64,000 nt of DNA, taken from positions 27,619 through 91,618 of the forward strand of contig JBBQFP010000005.1 in assembly GCA_038322045.1 (NCBI GenBank), given 5' to 3'. Position 1 is the first letter of the stretch; each line of letters begins with the position of its first letter. Shown here piece by piece: positions 24,105 through 34,077 of the stretch. Source of the DNA: Actinomycetes bacterium. GTDB taxonomy: Bacteria; Actinomycetota; Actinomycetes; JBBQFP01. The position numbers and the translations under genes are program-made. Below the pieces are notes generated by a model. The model was not told the DNA's origin. It did not search any database and worked only from the letters and a program-made list of their open reading frames with translations.

Positions 24105-24884
24105 CTACCCGAAGCGCCCGGTGATGTAGTCCTCCGTCCTGCGCTCGGAGGGGTTGCTGAAGATCTTCGACGTGGAGTCCATCTCGATGAGCCGCCCCGG
24201 CTTCCCTGCGCCGGCGATGGTGAAGAAGGCCGTCGCGTCGCTCACCCGCGCGGCCTGCTGCATGTTGTGGGTGACGATGACGATCGTGTAGCGCTCCTTG
24301 AGCTCGTTCATGAGGTCCTCGATGGCCAGCGTCGAGATCGGGTCGAGCGCCGAGCACGGCTCGTCCATGAGCAGGACGGCGGGCTCGACGGCGATCGCCC
24401 GGGCGATGCACAGGCGCTGCTGCTGACCGCCGGAGAGGCCGGAGCCGGGCCGGTCCAGGCGGTCCTTGACCTCGTCCCAGAGGTTCGCCCCGCGCAGCGA
24501 GCGCTCGACGACCTCGGCGGTCTCCTTGCTGCTCATCCGGGTGCCGTTGAGGCGCCGCCCGGCGGCGACGTTCTCGGCGATGGACATCGTCGGGAACGGG
24601 TTCGGGCGCTGGAAGACCATGCCGACCGTGCGGCGGACGGCGACCGGGTCGACGCCGGGGCCGTAGAGGTCCTCGTCGTCGAGCATGACCTTGCCGTCGA
24701 CCCGCGTGCCGGGAATGACCTCGTGCATGCGGTTGAGAGTGCGCAGGAACGTCGACTTGCCGCACCCGGAGGGACCGATGAAGGCGGTGATCGCCCGCGG
24801 TTCGATCGTCATGCTGACGTCCTCGATGGCGGGGACCTTGCCGTAGTAGGCGGAGAGCCCGGAGACGTCGATGCGCTTGGCCAT
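24105..24884 (-). CDS. pstB: Phosphate ABC transporter ATP-binding protein PstB
   Basis: [31 protein letters not shown] and [12 protein letters not shown]. It is the last gene of the pstSCAB order. Confidence 0.95.
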   Translation of the reverse strand: MAKRIDVSGLSAYYGKVPAIEDVSMTIEPRAITAFIGPSGCGKSTFLRTLNRMHEVIPGTRVDGKVMLDDEDLYGPGVDPVAVRRTVGMVFQRPNPFPTMSIAENVAAGRRLNGTRMSSKETAEVVERSLRGANLWDEVKDRLDRPGSGLSGGQQQRLCIARAIAVEPAVLLMDEPCSALDPISTLAIEDLMNELKERYTIVIVTHNMQQAARVSDATAFFTIAGAGKPGRLIEMDSTSKIFSNPSERRTEDYITGRFG

Positions 24885-24896
24885 GGAAGAGCGTCC

Positions 24897-25973
24897 TTAC
24901 CGGCTGGTCTTGGGTGCGAAGAACCTCGCGATGGCTCGCGCCATGAGGTTGAGGAGCATGACGATGAGGATGAGGGTCAGGGCTGCGGCCCAGGCCCGGT
25001 CGGTGGCGAACTGCAGCCCACGGCCGTTCTCGGAGAAGACGTACAACGGCAGGGAGGACTGTGGGCCGTTGAACGGGTTCGCGTTGATCGAGTCGAAGCC
25101 GAAGACCGTGACGAGCACCGGGGCGGTCTCGCCGGTGACTCGCGCGACGGCGAGCATGATGCCGGTGACGATGCCGGCGATCGCCGTCGGGATGACGACC
25201 TTGAGGATCGTGCGCCACCGCGGCACGCCGAGGGCGAGCGAGGCCTCGCGCAGCTCGTCGGGCACGAGCTTGAGCATCTCCTCGGAGCTGCGCACGACGA
25301 CGGGCACCATGAGGATCGACAGCGCCAGCCCGCCGGCGAACCCCGAGTACCCCCGGCCGAGGCCGAGCACCCAGAACGACAGGATGAACAGGCCCGCCAC
25401 GATCGACGGGATGCCGGTCATGACGTCGACGAAGAACGTGATGACCTTGGCGAGCCGGCCCTTGCCGTACTCCACGAGGTACACGGCCGTGAGGACGCCG
25501 ATCGGGACGGCGATGACGCTGGCGATCGCCACCTGCTGGAGGGTGCCGAGGATCGCGTGGTAGGCGCCGCCGTAGCTGTCCCGCGGGCCGACGTTGCGCA
25601 TCGAGCGGGTGAGGAAGTCGAGGTCCAGGCGACCGAGGCCCTTGACGAGCGTGTAGCCCAGGACGGAGACCAGCGGGACGAGCGCCAGGACGAATGCGCA
25701 GTAGACGAGGGTTGTCGCGAAGCGGTCCTTGGCCTGGCGGGCGCCCTCGTACAGCGCGGAGAGAGCGGTCAGCCCGAGGACGAAGACGACGGCGGTGCTC
25801 AGAACGAGCTGTGCGTTGCCGTAGAGCGGGGTCACGGCGAAGAGCATGGCGACGGCCCCCAGCGCCGCGACGCCGACGGCCGTCGGCGCCCACCGTGGCA
25901 GGACTGTGGACTGGAGGTCGTAGGGGTCGGCCGGGGCCTGGCTGGTCGGCGCGGGAGGGGTGATCGTGCTCAT
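24897..25973 (-). CDS. pstA: Phosphate ABC transporter permease PstA
   Basis: PstA-type permease with an EAA-like loop (EASLALGVPRWRTI). Confidence 0.9.
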   Translation of the reverse strand: MSTITPPAPTSQAPADPYDLQSTVLPRWAPTAVGVAALGAVAMLFAVTPLYGNAQLVLSTAVVFVLGLTALSALYEGARQAKDRFATTLVYCAFVLALVPLVSVLGYTLVKGLGRLDLDFLTRSMRNVGPRDSYGGAYHAILGTLQQVAIASVIAVPIGVLTAVYLVEYGKGRLAKVITFFVDVMTGIPSIVAGLFILSFWVLGLGRGYSGFAGGLALSILMVPVVVRSSEEMLKLVPDELREASLALGVPRWRTILKVVIPTAIAGIVTGIMLAVARVTGETAPVLVTVFGFDSINANPFNGPQSSLPLYVFSENGRGLQFATDRAWAAALTLILIVMLLNLMARAIARFFAPKTSR

Positions 25974-27013
25974 GCCGCAGCCGCCGAGTACTCACGTCGC
26001 CGGGCGATGATGAGCCGGGCGGCGCCGTTGACGACGAGGGTGATGACGAACAGGACGAGTCCGGAGGCGATGAGAGCGCCACGCCCGGTGGGTCCGGCCT
26101 CGCCGAACTTGTTGGCGATGTTGGCCGCGATGGTGTTGCCCCCGGGGTTGAGCACCTTGATCGAGATGAGGAAGTTCGACGAGAGCACCATCGCGACAGC
26201 GACCGTCTCGCCGAGCGCGCGGCCGAGCCCGAGCATGGCGGCGCTGATGACCCCCGAGCGGCCGAAGGGCAGCACCGACATGCGGATCATCTCCCAGCGG
26301 GTGGCGCCGAGGGCGAGCGCGGCCTCCTCCAGGATCCGCGGGGACTGGAAGAACACCTCGCGGCTGACGGCGGCGACCACGGGGAGGATCATGATGGCGA
26401 GGATGACGCTCGCGGTGAAGATGGATCGCGCGCCGACCTGCGTGCGGTCGAAGAGCGGGATCCAGCCCAACCAGTGGTCGAGCCAGCGGTGCAACCCCTC
26501 GATGCGCGGGATGATGAAGAAGACTCCCCAGAGCCCGTAGACGACGCTCGGCACGGCCGCGAGCAGGTCGATGACGTAGGCGAGGGCTCGCGCGAGCCGT
26601 CTGGGCGCGTAGTGGGAGATGAACAGGGCCACGCCGACGGCGACGGGGACCGCCATAGCCATGGCGAGCACCGAGCTGATGACTGTGCCGACGACGAGCG
26701 CGGCGACCCCGAAGACCGGCTTGGCGGCGTCGTCGGGGAACCACGTCCGCTCGGTGAAGAAGTTCGCCGTGTTCGCCGACAGCGCCTCGCGGGCCTGCCA
26801 GACGAGGAAGATGGCGATCGACGCCATGATCACCAGCAGGAGGACGCCCGAGCCTCGGGACAGGCCGCTGAAGACGCGGTCGCCCACGCGACGCGGTGCG
26901 GCGTCGGCGGTGTCGACTCCGGGCAGGCGGGGTGGCTGGGGTCCCTGCGCCGTCTCGGTCGTGCTCGTCATGGTCGCTCCGGTTGGGAGGGAGGAGGGCG
27001 ACGGGCCCGGCAC
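25970..27013 (-). CDS. pstC: Phosphate ABC transporter permease PstC
   Basis: 4-nt overlap with pstA. EAA loop EAALALGATRWEMI. Confidence 0.9.
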   Translation of the reverse strand: MPGPSPSSLPTGATMTSTTETAQGPQPPRLPGVDTADAAPRRVGDRVFSGLSRGSGVLLLVIMASIAIFLVWQAREALSANTANFFTERTWFPDDAAKPVFGVAALVVGTVISSVLAMAMAVPVAVGVALFISHYAPRRLARALAYVIDLLAAVPSVVYGLWGVFFIIPRIEGLHRWLDHWLGWIPLFDRTQVGARSIFTASVILAIMILPVVAAVSREVFFQSPRILEEAALALGATRWEMIRMSVLPFGRSGVISAAMLGLGRALGETVAVAMVLSSNFLISIKVLNPGGNTIAANIANKFGEAGPTGRGALIASGLVLFVITLVVNGAARLIIARRREYSAAAA

Positions 27014-27055
27014 CTGCCGTCGGGCACGTGCCGGGCGCGTCGTCGTCCGGTCAGC

Positions 27056-27080
27056 GGCACCGGACCGGTGGTCTGGTGCC
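27056..27080 (-). other. Intercistronic stem-loop between pstS and pstC
   Basis: ggcaccggacc-ggt-ggtctggtgcc forms an 11-bp stem (one G-U pair) with a 3-nt loop, 21 nt after the pstS stop. Confidence 0.5.
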
Positions 27081-27100
27081 GCCGCCTGGTGAGGCTACTG

Positions 27101-28267
27101 CTAGGACATCGCCGCGACGGAGGCGCGCACCTTGGTCACCAAGGTGGCGGGCAGCGGGCCGTACCCGTTCTTGGCGAGCAGCTGCTGGCCGGCGTCCCCA
27201 GCGGTGTAGCCGAGGAAGGACTTGGCGAGCGGCAGCTTGTCGGCCGCCGTGCCCTTCTCGCAGGCGATCTCGTAGGTGACGAGGACGACGGGGTAGGCAC
27301 CCTCGGCCTTCGTCGCGTAGTCGAGCTTGAGCGCAAGGTCGTTGCCCGTGCCGACGACCTTGGCTGCGTCGAGCGCCTTGCCGGCTGCCTCGGTGGTCAG
27401 CTCGACGGGTGCGGAGGCACCCGTCGCGATCTTGGCGATCCCCAGGCCGCTGTTCTGGGCGAAGGAGAGCTCCATGTACCCGATGGCGCCGGCGGTCTGC
27501 TTGACGCCTGCGCTGACGCCCTCGGAGCCCTTGGCGCCCTGTCCGCCGGGGGCCTTCCACTCCTTGGCGTGCTCGAGGGTCCAGTCGGTCTTCGCCGCCG
27601 CTGCCAGGTACTTCGTGAAGTTGTCGGTCGTGCCGGAGGAGTCCGAGCGGTGGAACGCCTGGATGCCGGTGCTCGGCAGGGTGGCGCCGGCGTTGAGCGC
27701 CTTGATCGCCGGGTCGTCCCACTTGGTGATCTTGCCCGTGAAGATCTTCGCGATCGTCGGGGCATCGAGCACGAGGCCCTTGACCCCCTCGACGTTGTAG
27801 CCGATCGCGATCGGCCCGACGACCATGGGGATGTTGATCGCCTTGCCGGTCTTGCAGCGTGCGTCGGCCTTCGGCTGCTCCTCCGGCTTGAGCGCGGAGT
27901 CGGAGCCGGCGAAGTCGGTCGTGCCGGCGATGAACTGCTCGATGCCGGCCCCCGAGCCCACGCTCTGGTAGTTGATCGTCGAGCCGGCGCAGGCGCTCTG
28001 GTACGCCTTGATCCACTCGGCCATGGCGTTGGCCTGGGCGCTGGAGCCCGACGCCGTGATCGAGCCGGTGGCGCAGTCCTTTGAGGCCGTCGCGCTGGCG
28101 CTGCCTGCGGCGCTCGATGCACCGGGCGTGGTGGTGCCGCCGCTCGAGGAGGTGTTCGGGTTGCTGTCGCTGCCGCATGCCGTCAGGGCGAGCGCGCCGA
28201 CAAGGGCGACGCCGGCAAGGCGTCCGTAGCGCTGGATCGTCACGTCGTGGAATCCCTCTCTTGTCAC
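27101..28267 (-). CDS. pstS: Phosphate-binding lipoprotein PstS
   Basis: Lipobox LTACGS, a Ser/Thr-rich linker, and PstS motifs (GSSAQ, SGAGIEQF, HRSDSSGTT). Confidence 0.95.
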   Translation of the reverse strand: MTREGFHDVTIQRYGRLAGVALVGALALTACGSDSNPNTSSSGGTTTPGASSAAGSASATASKDCATGSITASGSSAQANAMAEWIKAYQSACAGSTINYQSVGSGAGIEQFIAGTTDFAGSDSALKPEEQPKADARCKTGKAINIPMVVGPIAIGYNVEGVKGLVLDAPTIAKIFTGKITKWDDPAIKALNAGATLPSTGIQAFHRSDSSGTTDNFTKYLAAAAKTDWTLEHAKEWKAPGGQGAKGSEGVSAGVKQTAGAIGYMELSFAQNSGLGIAKIATGASAPVELTTEAAGKALDAAKVVGTGNDLALKLDYATKAEGAYPVVLVTYEIACEKGTAADKLPLAKSFLGYTAGDAGQQLLAKNGYGPLPATLVTKVRASVAAMS

Positions 28268-28340
28268 GTCCGATCGGGTCGTCGACCCGTCGTGTCGAGA
28301 GGGACGCTAAGCAGCGCAGATGTCGCGCTCGCACGGCAGG

Positions 28341-28362
28341 GGTGAACTGAGGGTGAACGCAG
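28341..28362 (-). promoter_or_regulatory. PHO box: two adjacent 11-nt direct repeat units with a GTTCACC core upstream of pstS
   Basis: The minus strand reads GTTCACCCTCA GTTCACCCCTG, 74-95 nt upstream of the pstS start. A third GTTCACC sits at 28413-28407, exactly 55 nt (5 x 11) further upstream. Confidence 0.7.
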
Positions 28363-28403
28363 GACGTCGGACAGGTACGGGTCACATGACCGACGAATGC
28401 CGT

Positions 28404-29348
28404 TCAGGTGAACGAACGGTACTGAGAGCTTCGACCTGCGCCTGTGACGACCGGGCGCTCGTGGCGCTCGGCGGTGACGACCCGGCCCTGCGCGCACTGG
28501 AGGACGACGAAGGCGGCCGTCTCGAGCGGTCGGGGCGGCGCAGTGACGCCTGAGCCCTCGCAGAGCCGCTCGAGCAGCGCCGGCAGCAGCGGGCGGTGGC
28601 TGCACAGCAGGAGCGGGGTCCGCCGCTTGCGCAGCTCGACGACCCGGGCCAGGGAGGTCTCGGGGGACTGCGCCCAGGCCTCTTCGCTGAGCTGCGGCTC
28701 CACCTCGACGTGGACCCCCAGCCGATGGGCGAGGGGCTCGACCGTCGACAGCGCGCGCTCGCTGTCGGAGGAGACGACGGTCATCGGCCCCAGCGTGAGG
28801 AGGACCTCGACGAGCGCATCGGACTGCGCCCGGCCACGGGCCTCGAGCGGGCGGTCGGCGTCCCGGCCGTGCCACCCGTCACGCTTGCGCGCCTTGGCGT
28901 GCCGCAGGACGACGAGCGGCTGCGTGTCCACGGTCGCGGCGACGGCCGAGCGGACGAGCTGGGCGTCGCGCGGCTGGGTGAGCAGCCCGCGCGCCGCCGA
29001 GGGCGGTACCCAGACGAGCTCGTCGACTTCGGAGGTCGGGACGAACGGCTGGTGGTGACCCTGGGCGAACCAGTAGTGGACGACCTTGGGGCGGCCATCG
29101 ACCTGGTACCGGGTCGTCCCGGCGGGCCGGCCGAGCGAGACGTGCTGCCCGGTCTCCTCGGCGACCTCCCGCACGGCGGTCTGCAGGACGTGCTCGCCCG
29201 ACTCGGCCTTGCCCTTGGCCAGCGACCAGTCGTCGTACTTGGGCCGGTGGACGACGGCGACCTCGACCCCCTCGCGCGTGCTCGCCGGGCGCCAGAGCAC
29301 CGCGCCGGCGGCCCGGACTGCGGCGACGGGCCGGGGTTCGTCAGCCAC
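28404..29348 (-). CDS. Nudix hydrolase fused to a histidine-phosphatase (SixA-like) domain (MutT1-like)
   Basis: GTG 29348 lies 4 nt after the upstream stop. Nudix box GKAESGEHVLQTAVREVAEETG, and the RHAKA motif of the His-phosphatase domain. Confidence 0.85.
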   Translation of the reverse strand: MADEPRPVAAVRAAGAVLWRPASTREGVEVAVVHRPKYDDWSLAKGKAESGEHVLQTAVREVAEETGQHVSLGRPAGTTRYQVDGRPKVVHYWFAQGHHQPFVPTSEVDELVWVPPSAARGLLTQPRDAQLVRSAVAATVDTQPLVVLRHAKARKRDGWHGRDADRPLEARGRAQSDALVEVLLTLGPMTVVSSDSERALSTVEPLAHRLGVHVEVEPQLSEEAWAQSPETSLARVVELRKRRTPLLLCSHRPLLPALLERLCEGSGVTAPPRPLETAAFVVLQCAQGRVVTAERHERPVVTGAGRSSQYRSFT

Positions 29349-29352
29349 GGCG

Positions 29353-30879
29353 TCAGCTCGGCAGCCAACGCCGCCAGCGGCGCCGGGAGACCTGTCGCCA
29401 GATGCCCGAGAAGTCGTCCTTGCAGTGCTCCGCCGAGCGACGCTGGAGCTCGAAGAGCAGCCCGAGGGCGAAGCCGGTCGACCCGTTGGTCCGCGGCCGG
29501 GCCGCGACATCGCGCAGCACGTCCCCGGCGATGACGGCGTCCTGGTGGTCGCCGAGCACCTCAGTGACGCGAGCGAGCTGCCTGGCCAGCCCCTTGGCCT
29601 CGCTGCCGAGGACCGGAGCGCAGGCCTCGGCGGCGTAGCGGGCCTTCTTCGCGGCGATCCTCGTCTCGTGCCACTGCTCGTCTGGCTGGTCGTGGCTCAG
29701 GGCGGCGGCGTCGCGGGCCAACCGCTTCCACGCCTTCGCCACGAGGGGTGGGAGCGCGTCGCCCGCGCTGGCCGCAGCGGCGTCGGTGAGCGCGGGCTCG
29801 CGCGCCGCAGCCACAAGGGTGTCGAGCAGCGCCAGGTATCGTTCCGAGCGCATCGCCTCGGCGACCGCGGCGCTCGCCTGCGTCATGCCGCTGTCGAGCG
29901 CACGGTGCACGGCGGGACCCGCCAGCCGCCCGTCGTCGGCGTCCAGGAGGGCCATGTCGCGCTCGAAGCGGGCGATGAGCACCTCGCGGTCGCGGACCTC
30001 GCCGAGGACGCCCGCGACCCAGCCGAGCTCGACCCGCAGGGGGTCGGCCCACTCCGGTTCGACGAGCGGTGCGAACACCTTGAGGCCGCTGCGCATCCGT
30101 CGGGCCGCGACCCGCATCTGGTGCACGGCGTCGTGCTCGCCCCTGCGCACCCGGACGTCCTGGGCGAGGAAGGCGCGGACCTGGGTCGCGAGGTGGGCCC
30201 GGACCGCCTCGCCGGCGGGATCCTGCGGCCCCACCGAGGCAGGGGGCAGGACGTCGGGAGCGGCGGCGGCGGAGGGGCCGAGGGCGCGCGCCGCCTTCGA
30301 GGTGAAGGCGCCCCGCACGGCGCCGGCTGCCAGGAGCTGCTCCTCGACCGCGTCGAGCTCGGCCTCCTCGCCGTCCCGGGTCTCGAGCTCGAGCTCGCGG
30401 AACCGGGCGGCGACCCGGTCCTCGTCGAGCACCGAGACGGTGTCGTCGGTCAGCTCTGCGAGAAGCCGGCCGTCGGTCGAGCGCAGCTCGTGGATCGTCC
30501 GTTCGGTCTGGAGGGCCGCCACGGGCTCGAGCGCCGCACCGCGGGTCAGCCCGAGGACGAGCTCGCTCAGCGCGGCCGGCGGCGACCCCTCGGCAGCGGC
30601 GGTCAGGGGCACGTGCAGCTCTTCGCGGTGACCGACCCCGCCGGACGTCGGCAGCTTGAGGTGCCACCCGGCGTCGGAGCCTCCGGTGCGGCGGCGCAGC
30701 GTGACCCCGTGGCGGGCGAGCCGCAGGTCCGCGGTGTCGTAGTACGTGGCGGTCAGCTCCACGGTGACCGCCGGGGAGGCCCCGGTGACCGGAGGCAGCC
30801 GGAACAGCCCGTGGACCTTGTACTTGCGCTCGACCTCGATCGCGGATTGGAGGGCTGGTCGTCGTGGGTCAGGAGGCAT
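29353..30879 (-). CDS. CYTH and CHAD domain protein (triphosphate-tunnel / polyphosphate-associated)
   Basis: N-terminal IEVERKYKV with beta-strand pattern typical of CYTH, and a helical His/Arg-rich C-terminal CHAD-like region. It overlaps the ppk stop by 11 nt. Confidence 0.8.
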   Translation of the reverse strand: MPPDPRRPALQSAIEVERKYKVHGLFRLPPVTGASPAVTVELTATYYDTADLRLARHGVTLRRRTGGSDAGWHLKLPTSGGVGHREELHVPLTAAAEGSPPAALSELVLGLTRGAALEPVAALQTERTIHELRSTDGRLLAELTDDTVSVLDEDRVAARFRELELETRDGEEAELDAVEEQLLAAGAVRGAFTSKAARALGPSAAAAPDVLPPASVGPQDPAGEAVRAHLATQVRAFLAQDVRVRRGEHDAVHQMRVAARRMRSGLKVFAPLVEPEWADPLRVELGWVAGVLGEVRDREVLIARFERDMALLDADDGRLAGPAVHRALDSGMTQASAAVAEAMRSERYLALLDTLVAAAREPALTDAAAASAGDALPPLVAKAWKRLARDAAALSHDQPDEQWHETRIAAKKARYAAEACAPVLGSEAKGLARQLARVTEVLGDHQDAVIAGDVLRDVAARPRTNGSTGFALGLLFELQRRSAEHCKDDFSGIWRQVSRRRWRRWLPS

Positions 30880-32968
30880 ACGGACGCCTTGTCTTGTGCA
30901 TCTCGATGAGCTCGTGCTGGAGGTCGACGAGGGGCTCGCCGTCCGGGCCGTGGTTGCGTCTCGTCCAGTGTCCGTCGGCCTCGAGCTCCCAGGCGGCGAT
31001 CTCGGGCGACATGCCCCGGGCGAAGAGGCGCACGAGCTCGGCGCGGTGGCGCTCGTCGCGGAGCCGGACGAGGGTCTCGACCCGGCGGTCGAGGTTGCGG
31101 TGCATGAGGTCGGCGCTGCCCATCCACACCTCGGGGTCGCCGGCGTTGTGGAAGATGTAGATCCGGGAGTGCTCGAGGAAGCGGCCGAGCACGCTGCGGA
31201 CCCGGACGTTCTCCGAGAGCCCCGGGACCCCCGGCCGGACGGCGCAGATGCCGCGTACCCAGATCTCGACGGGCACCCCCGCCTGGGAGGCGCGGTAGAG
31301 GGCGTCGAGCACCTGCTCGTCGACGATGCTGTTGACCTTGAACTGGATGGCAGCAGGGCGGCCTGCGTGGTGGTTGGCCACCTCGCCCTCGATGCGCTCG
31401 ACGAGCCCGCTGCGCACGGAGTGCGGCGCGACGAGGAACCGCTCGTAGGTCTCGTTGAGGGAGTAGCCCGAGAGGTGGTTGAACAGGTTGGTCACGTCGT
31501 CGGCGATGTCGGCGTCGCAGGTGAGCAGGCCGACGTCCTCGTAGAGCCGCGCGGTCTTGGGGTGGTAGTTGCCCGTGCCGACGTGGCTGTAGCGGCGCAG
31601 CCCCCCGGGCTCGCGGCGGACGACCATGGAGAGCTTGCAGTGGGTCTTGAGGCCGACGAGGCCGTAGACGACGTGGACGCCGGCCTGCTCGAGCTTGCGC
31701 GCCCACGAGATGTTGGCCTGCTCGTCGAAGCGGGCCTTGAGCTCGACGAGCGCGAGCACCTGCTTGCCGGACTCGGCTGCGTCGACGAGGGCGTCGACGA
31801 TGGGGGAGTCGCCCGAGGTGCGGTAGAGGGTCTGCTTGATGGCGAGCACCGCGGGGTCGGCGGCGGCCTGCTCGAGGAACGCCTGGACGCTCGTGGAGAA
31901 CGAGTCGTAGGGGTGGTGGAGGAGGATGTCGGCCCGGCGGATCGCGGCGAAGACGTCGGAGGCCTTCGAGGACTCCACCTCGGCGAGCTGGCTGTGGGTG
32001 CGGGGGACGAACGACGGGTACTGCAGCTCGGCCCGGTCGAGGTCGGCGATCGCGAAGAGCCCGGTGAGGTCGAGCGGGCCTGAGTGGGCGTAGACCTCGT
32101 TGTCGGCGACGCCGAGCTCGCGGACGAGCACCCCGAGCACCTGGGGGTCGATGGACTCCTCGACCTCGAGGCGCACGGGCGGACCGAAGCGGCGCCGGGT
32201 GAGCTCGCGCTCGAGGAACTGGAGGAGGTTCTCCGCGTCGTCCTCCTCGACGTCGAGGTCCTCGTTGCGGGTCACCCGGAAGGTGTGCTGCTGGAGCACC
32301 TCCATTCCGGGGAAGAGGTCGGCGAGGTGTGCGGCGATGACGTCCTCGAGCGGGACGAAGCGCTGCTTGCTCACGGCGTAGAAGCGGGGCAGGAGCTTGG
32401 GGACCTTGACCCGGGCGAAGGACTCCTTGCCGGTGCGCGGGTTGCGGACGACGACGGCGAGGTTGAGGCTCAGCCCCGAGATGTAGGGGAACGGGTGGGC
32501 CGGGTCGACAGCGAGCGGCGTGAGCACCGGGTAGACGCGCTCGCTGAACACCACGGTCTGCGTAGCGCGCTCCTCGTCGGTGAGCTCCTCCCACCGGACG
32601 ATCTCGATCCCCTCCTGCGCGAGCGCGGGGAGGATCTCGTCGCGGAACACCCGCGCCTGGATGCTGCACAGCTCGTGGGCCTTGACCGAGATGGCCTCGA
32701 GGACCTCGCGCGGCAGCATGCCCGAGGCGGCCCGGACGGCGAGGCCCGTGGCGATCCGGCGCTTGAGGCCCGCGACGCGGACCATGAAGAACTCGTCGAG
32801 GTTCGAGGAGAAGATCGCGAGGAACCGGGCCCGCTCGAGCAGAGGAAGCTCGGGGTCGCGGGCGAGATCGAGGACGCGGTCGTTGAACTCCAGCCAGCTC
32901 GTCTCGCGGTCGAGGAACCGGTCAGCGGGCAGCTCCGGGCGGGTCTCGACGCTCTCCTCGACGGTCAT
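30869..32968 (-). CDS. ppk1: Polyphosphate kinase 1
   Basis: 699 aa with [47 protein letters not shown] and [15 protein letters not shown]. Confidence 0.95.
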   Translation of the reverse strand: MTVEESVETRPELPADRFLDRETSWLEFNDRVLDLARDPELPLLERARFLAIFSSNLDEFFMVRVAGLKRRIATGLAVRAASGMLPREVLEAISVKAHELCSIQARVFRDEILPALAQEGIEIVRWEELTDEERATQTVVFSERVYPVLTPLAVDPAHPFPYISGLSLNLAVVVRNPRTGKESFARVKVPKLLPRFYAVSKQRFVPLEDVIAAHLADLFPGMEVLQQHTFRVTRNEDLDVEEDDAENLLQFLERELTRRRFGPPVRLEVEESIDPQVLGVLVRELGVADNEVYAHSGPLDLTGLFAIADLDRAELQYPSFVPRTHSQLAEVESSKASDVFAAIRRADILLHHPYDSFSTSVQAFLEQAAADPAVLAIKQTLYRTSGDSPIVDALVDAAESGKQVLALVELKARFDEQANISWARKLEQAGVHVVYGLVGLKTHCKLSMVVRREPGGLRRYSHVGTGNYHPKTARLYEDVGLLTCDADIADDVTNLFNHLSGYSLNETYERFLVAPHSVRSGLVERIEGEVANHHAGRPAAIQFKVNSIVDEQVLDALYRASQAGVPVEIWVRGICAVRPGVPGLSENVRVRSVLGRFLEHSRIYIFHNAGDPEVWMGSADLMHRNLDRRVETLVRLRDERHRAELVRLFARGMSPEIAAWELEADGHWTRRNHGPDGEPLVDLQHELIEMHKTRRPYAS

Positions 32969-34023
32969 GGAGCCATCCTCTCAACCTGCGGCGCCGCGTC
33001 TGTCCCGAGAGGGACACCGTCTCGCTGCGGCGAGCCGTCCTCGGCGGCCTGGCCGAACATGACGTCGCTGTCCCACAGCGTGAAGCCGAGGCGCTCGTAC
33101 ATCAACCGTGCCCCGGTGTTGCCCGCGTCGACGTAGAGCATCGCCTGAGGCAGACCGAGGGCGCGCAGGTGCCGTAGGCCCACGAGGGTCAGCGCCTTGC
33201 CCAGGCCTGTGCCGCGTGCCGAGGGGTCGACGCCGACGACGTAGACCTCGCCGATCGGCTCGTGCCCGTGCCCGCCGCCGGTTCCGTGGACCTTCGTCCA
33301 GTGGAACCCGACGAGCCGCGGGGGCGACGGGGCGACGGCGTCTCCTGCGGAGGTAGGGGCGCCGGTGGCCTCCGCGGCGGCGTCGGTGTCAGGGGCCGAC
33401 TCGGCGAGGAAGAACCCGGCCGGGTCGAACCACGGCTCCTGAAGCCGCCGGCGCAGGTCCCCGCGCGTCCAGGCGCCCTGCTCGGGGTGCTCGGCGAAGG
33501 CCGTGGCGTTGAGGTCGAGCCACCGATCGTCGTCCTCACCGGGCGCGAAGGTCCGGACGGCGACGCCGTCGGGCAGCACCGCCGCGGGGAGTGGCGCGAG
33601 CAGGCTGCGACGGAGCTGGAGCAGCTCGCGCACCGCCGTGAGCCCGCGGGAGCCGGCGAGGCGTTCGGCGGCGTCGCTTCCCCCGTGGGCCCACAGGCGC
33701 AGCCGGCCGTCGGGCGAGGCGGCCTTGAGCTCGTCGACGAGCGCGCCGCCGACGCCGGCGCGGCGGTGCGCGGGATGGACGACGACCTCCGCGCTCGAGC
33801 CCGCGACCTCGTCGGTGGTGTCGAGGTGGGCGTAGCCGACGAGCCGACCGCCGTCGTGGGCGAGGAGGTTGCGGCTGTGCGGGTCGCCGCCGTGGCGCAG
33901 GTGGAGGGAGACGTGCTCGGAGAGAGGAGAGACTCCGTCGGCATCGGTGGCGGCCTCGACGAGGGCGAGCACCTCGCGGACGTCGGCGTCGGGCAGGTGC
34001 TCGGTCAGCGTCACCGACGTCAT
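32965..34023 (-). CDS. mshD: Mycothiol synthase (two GNAT domains)
   Basis: Tandem GNAT domains ([14 protein letters not shown] and [15 protein letters not shown]). ATGA overlap with the ppk1 start. Confidence 0.8.
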   Translation of the reverse strand: MTSVTLTEHLPDADVREVLALVEAATDADGVSPLSEHVSLHLRHGGDPHSRNLLAHDGGRLVGYAHLDTTDEVAGSSAEVVVHPAHRRAGVGGALVDELKAASPDGRLRLWAHGGSDAAERLAGSRGLTAVRELLQLRRSLLAPLPAAVLPDGVAVRTFAPGEDDDRWLDLNATAFAEHPEQGAWTRGDLRRRLQEPWFDPAGFFLAESAPDTDAAAEATGAPTSAGDAVAPSPPRLVGFHWTKVHGTGGGHGHEPIGEVYVVGVDPSARGTGLGKALTLVGLRHLRALGLPQAMLYVDAGNTGARLMYERLGFTLWDSDVMFGQAAEDGSPQRDGVPLGTDAAPQVERMAP

Positions 34024-34077
34024 GCCCGCCGACCCTAGTGCTCACCAGCGAGCCGTGCGGACGGTGCCGCGGCGGGG

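Noticed and set aside
23932-28084. Very long ORFs antisense to, or out of frame with, pstSCAB (23932..26082 minus, 24267..26540 plus, 26474..28084 plus, 27051..28385 minus).
   Set aside because: These are typical high-GC shadow ORFs: the translations are Arg/Pro/Gly/Asp-rich and lack motifs. The pstB, pstA, pstC and pstS frames carry unambiguous signatures.
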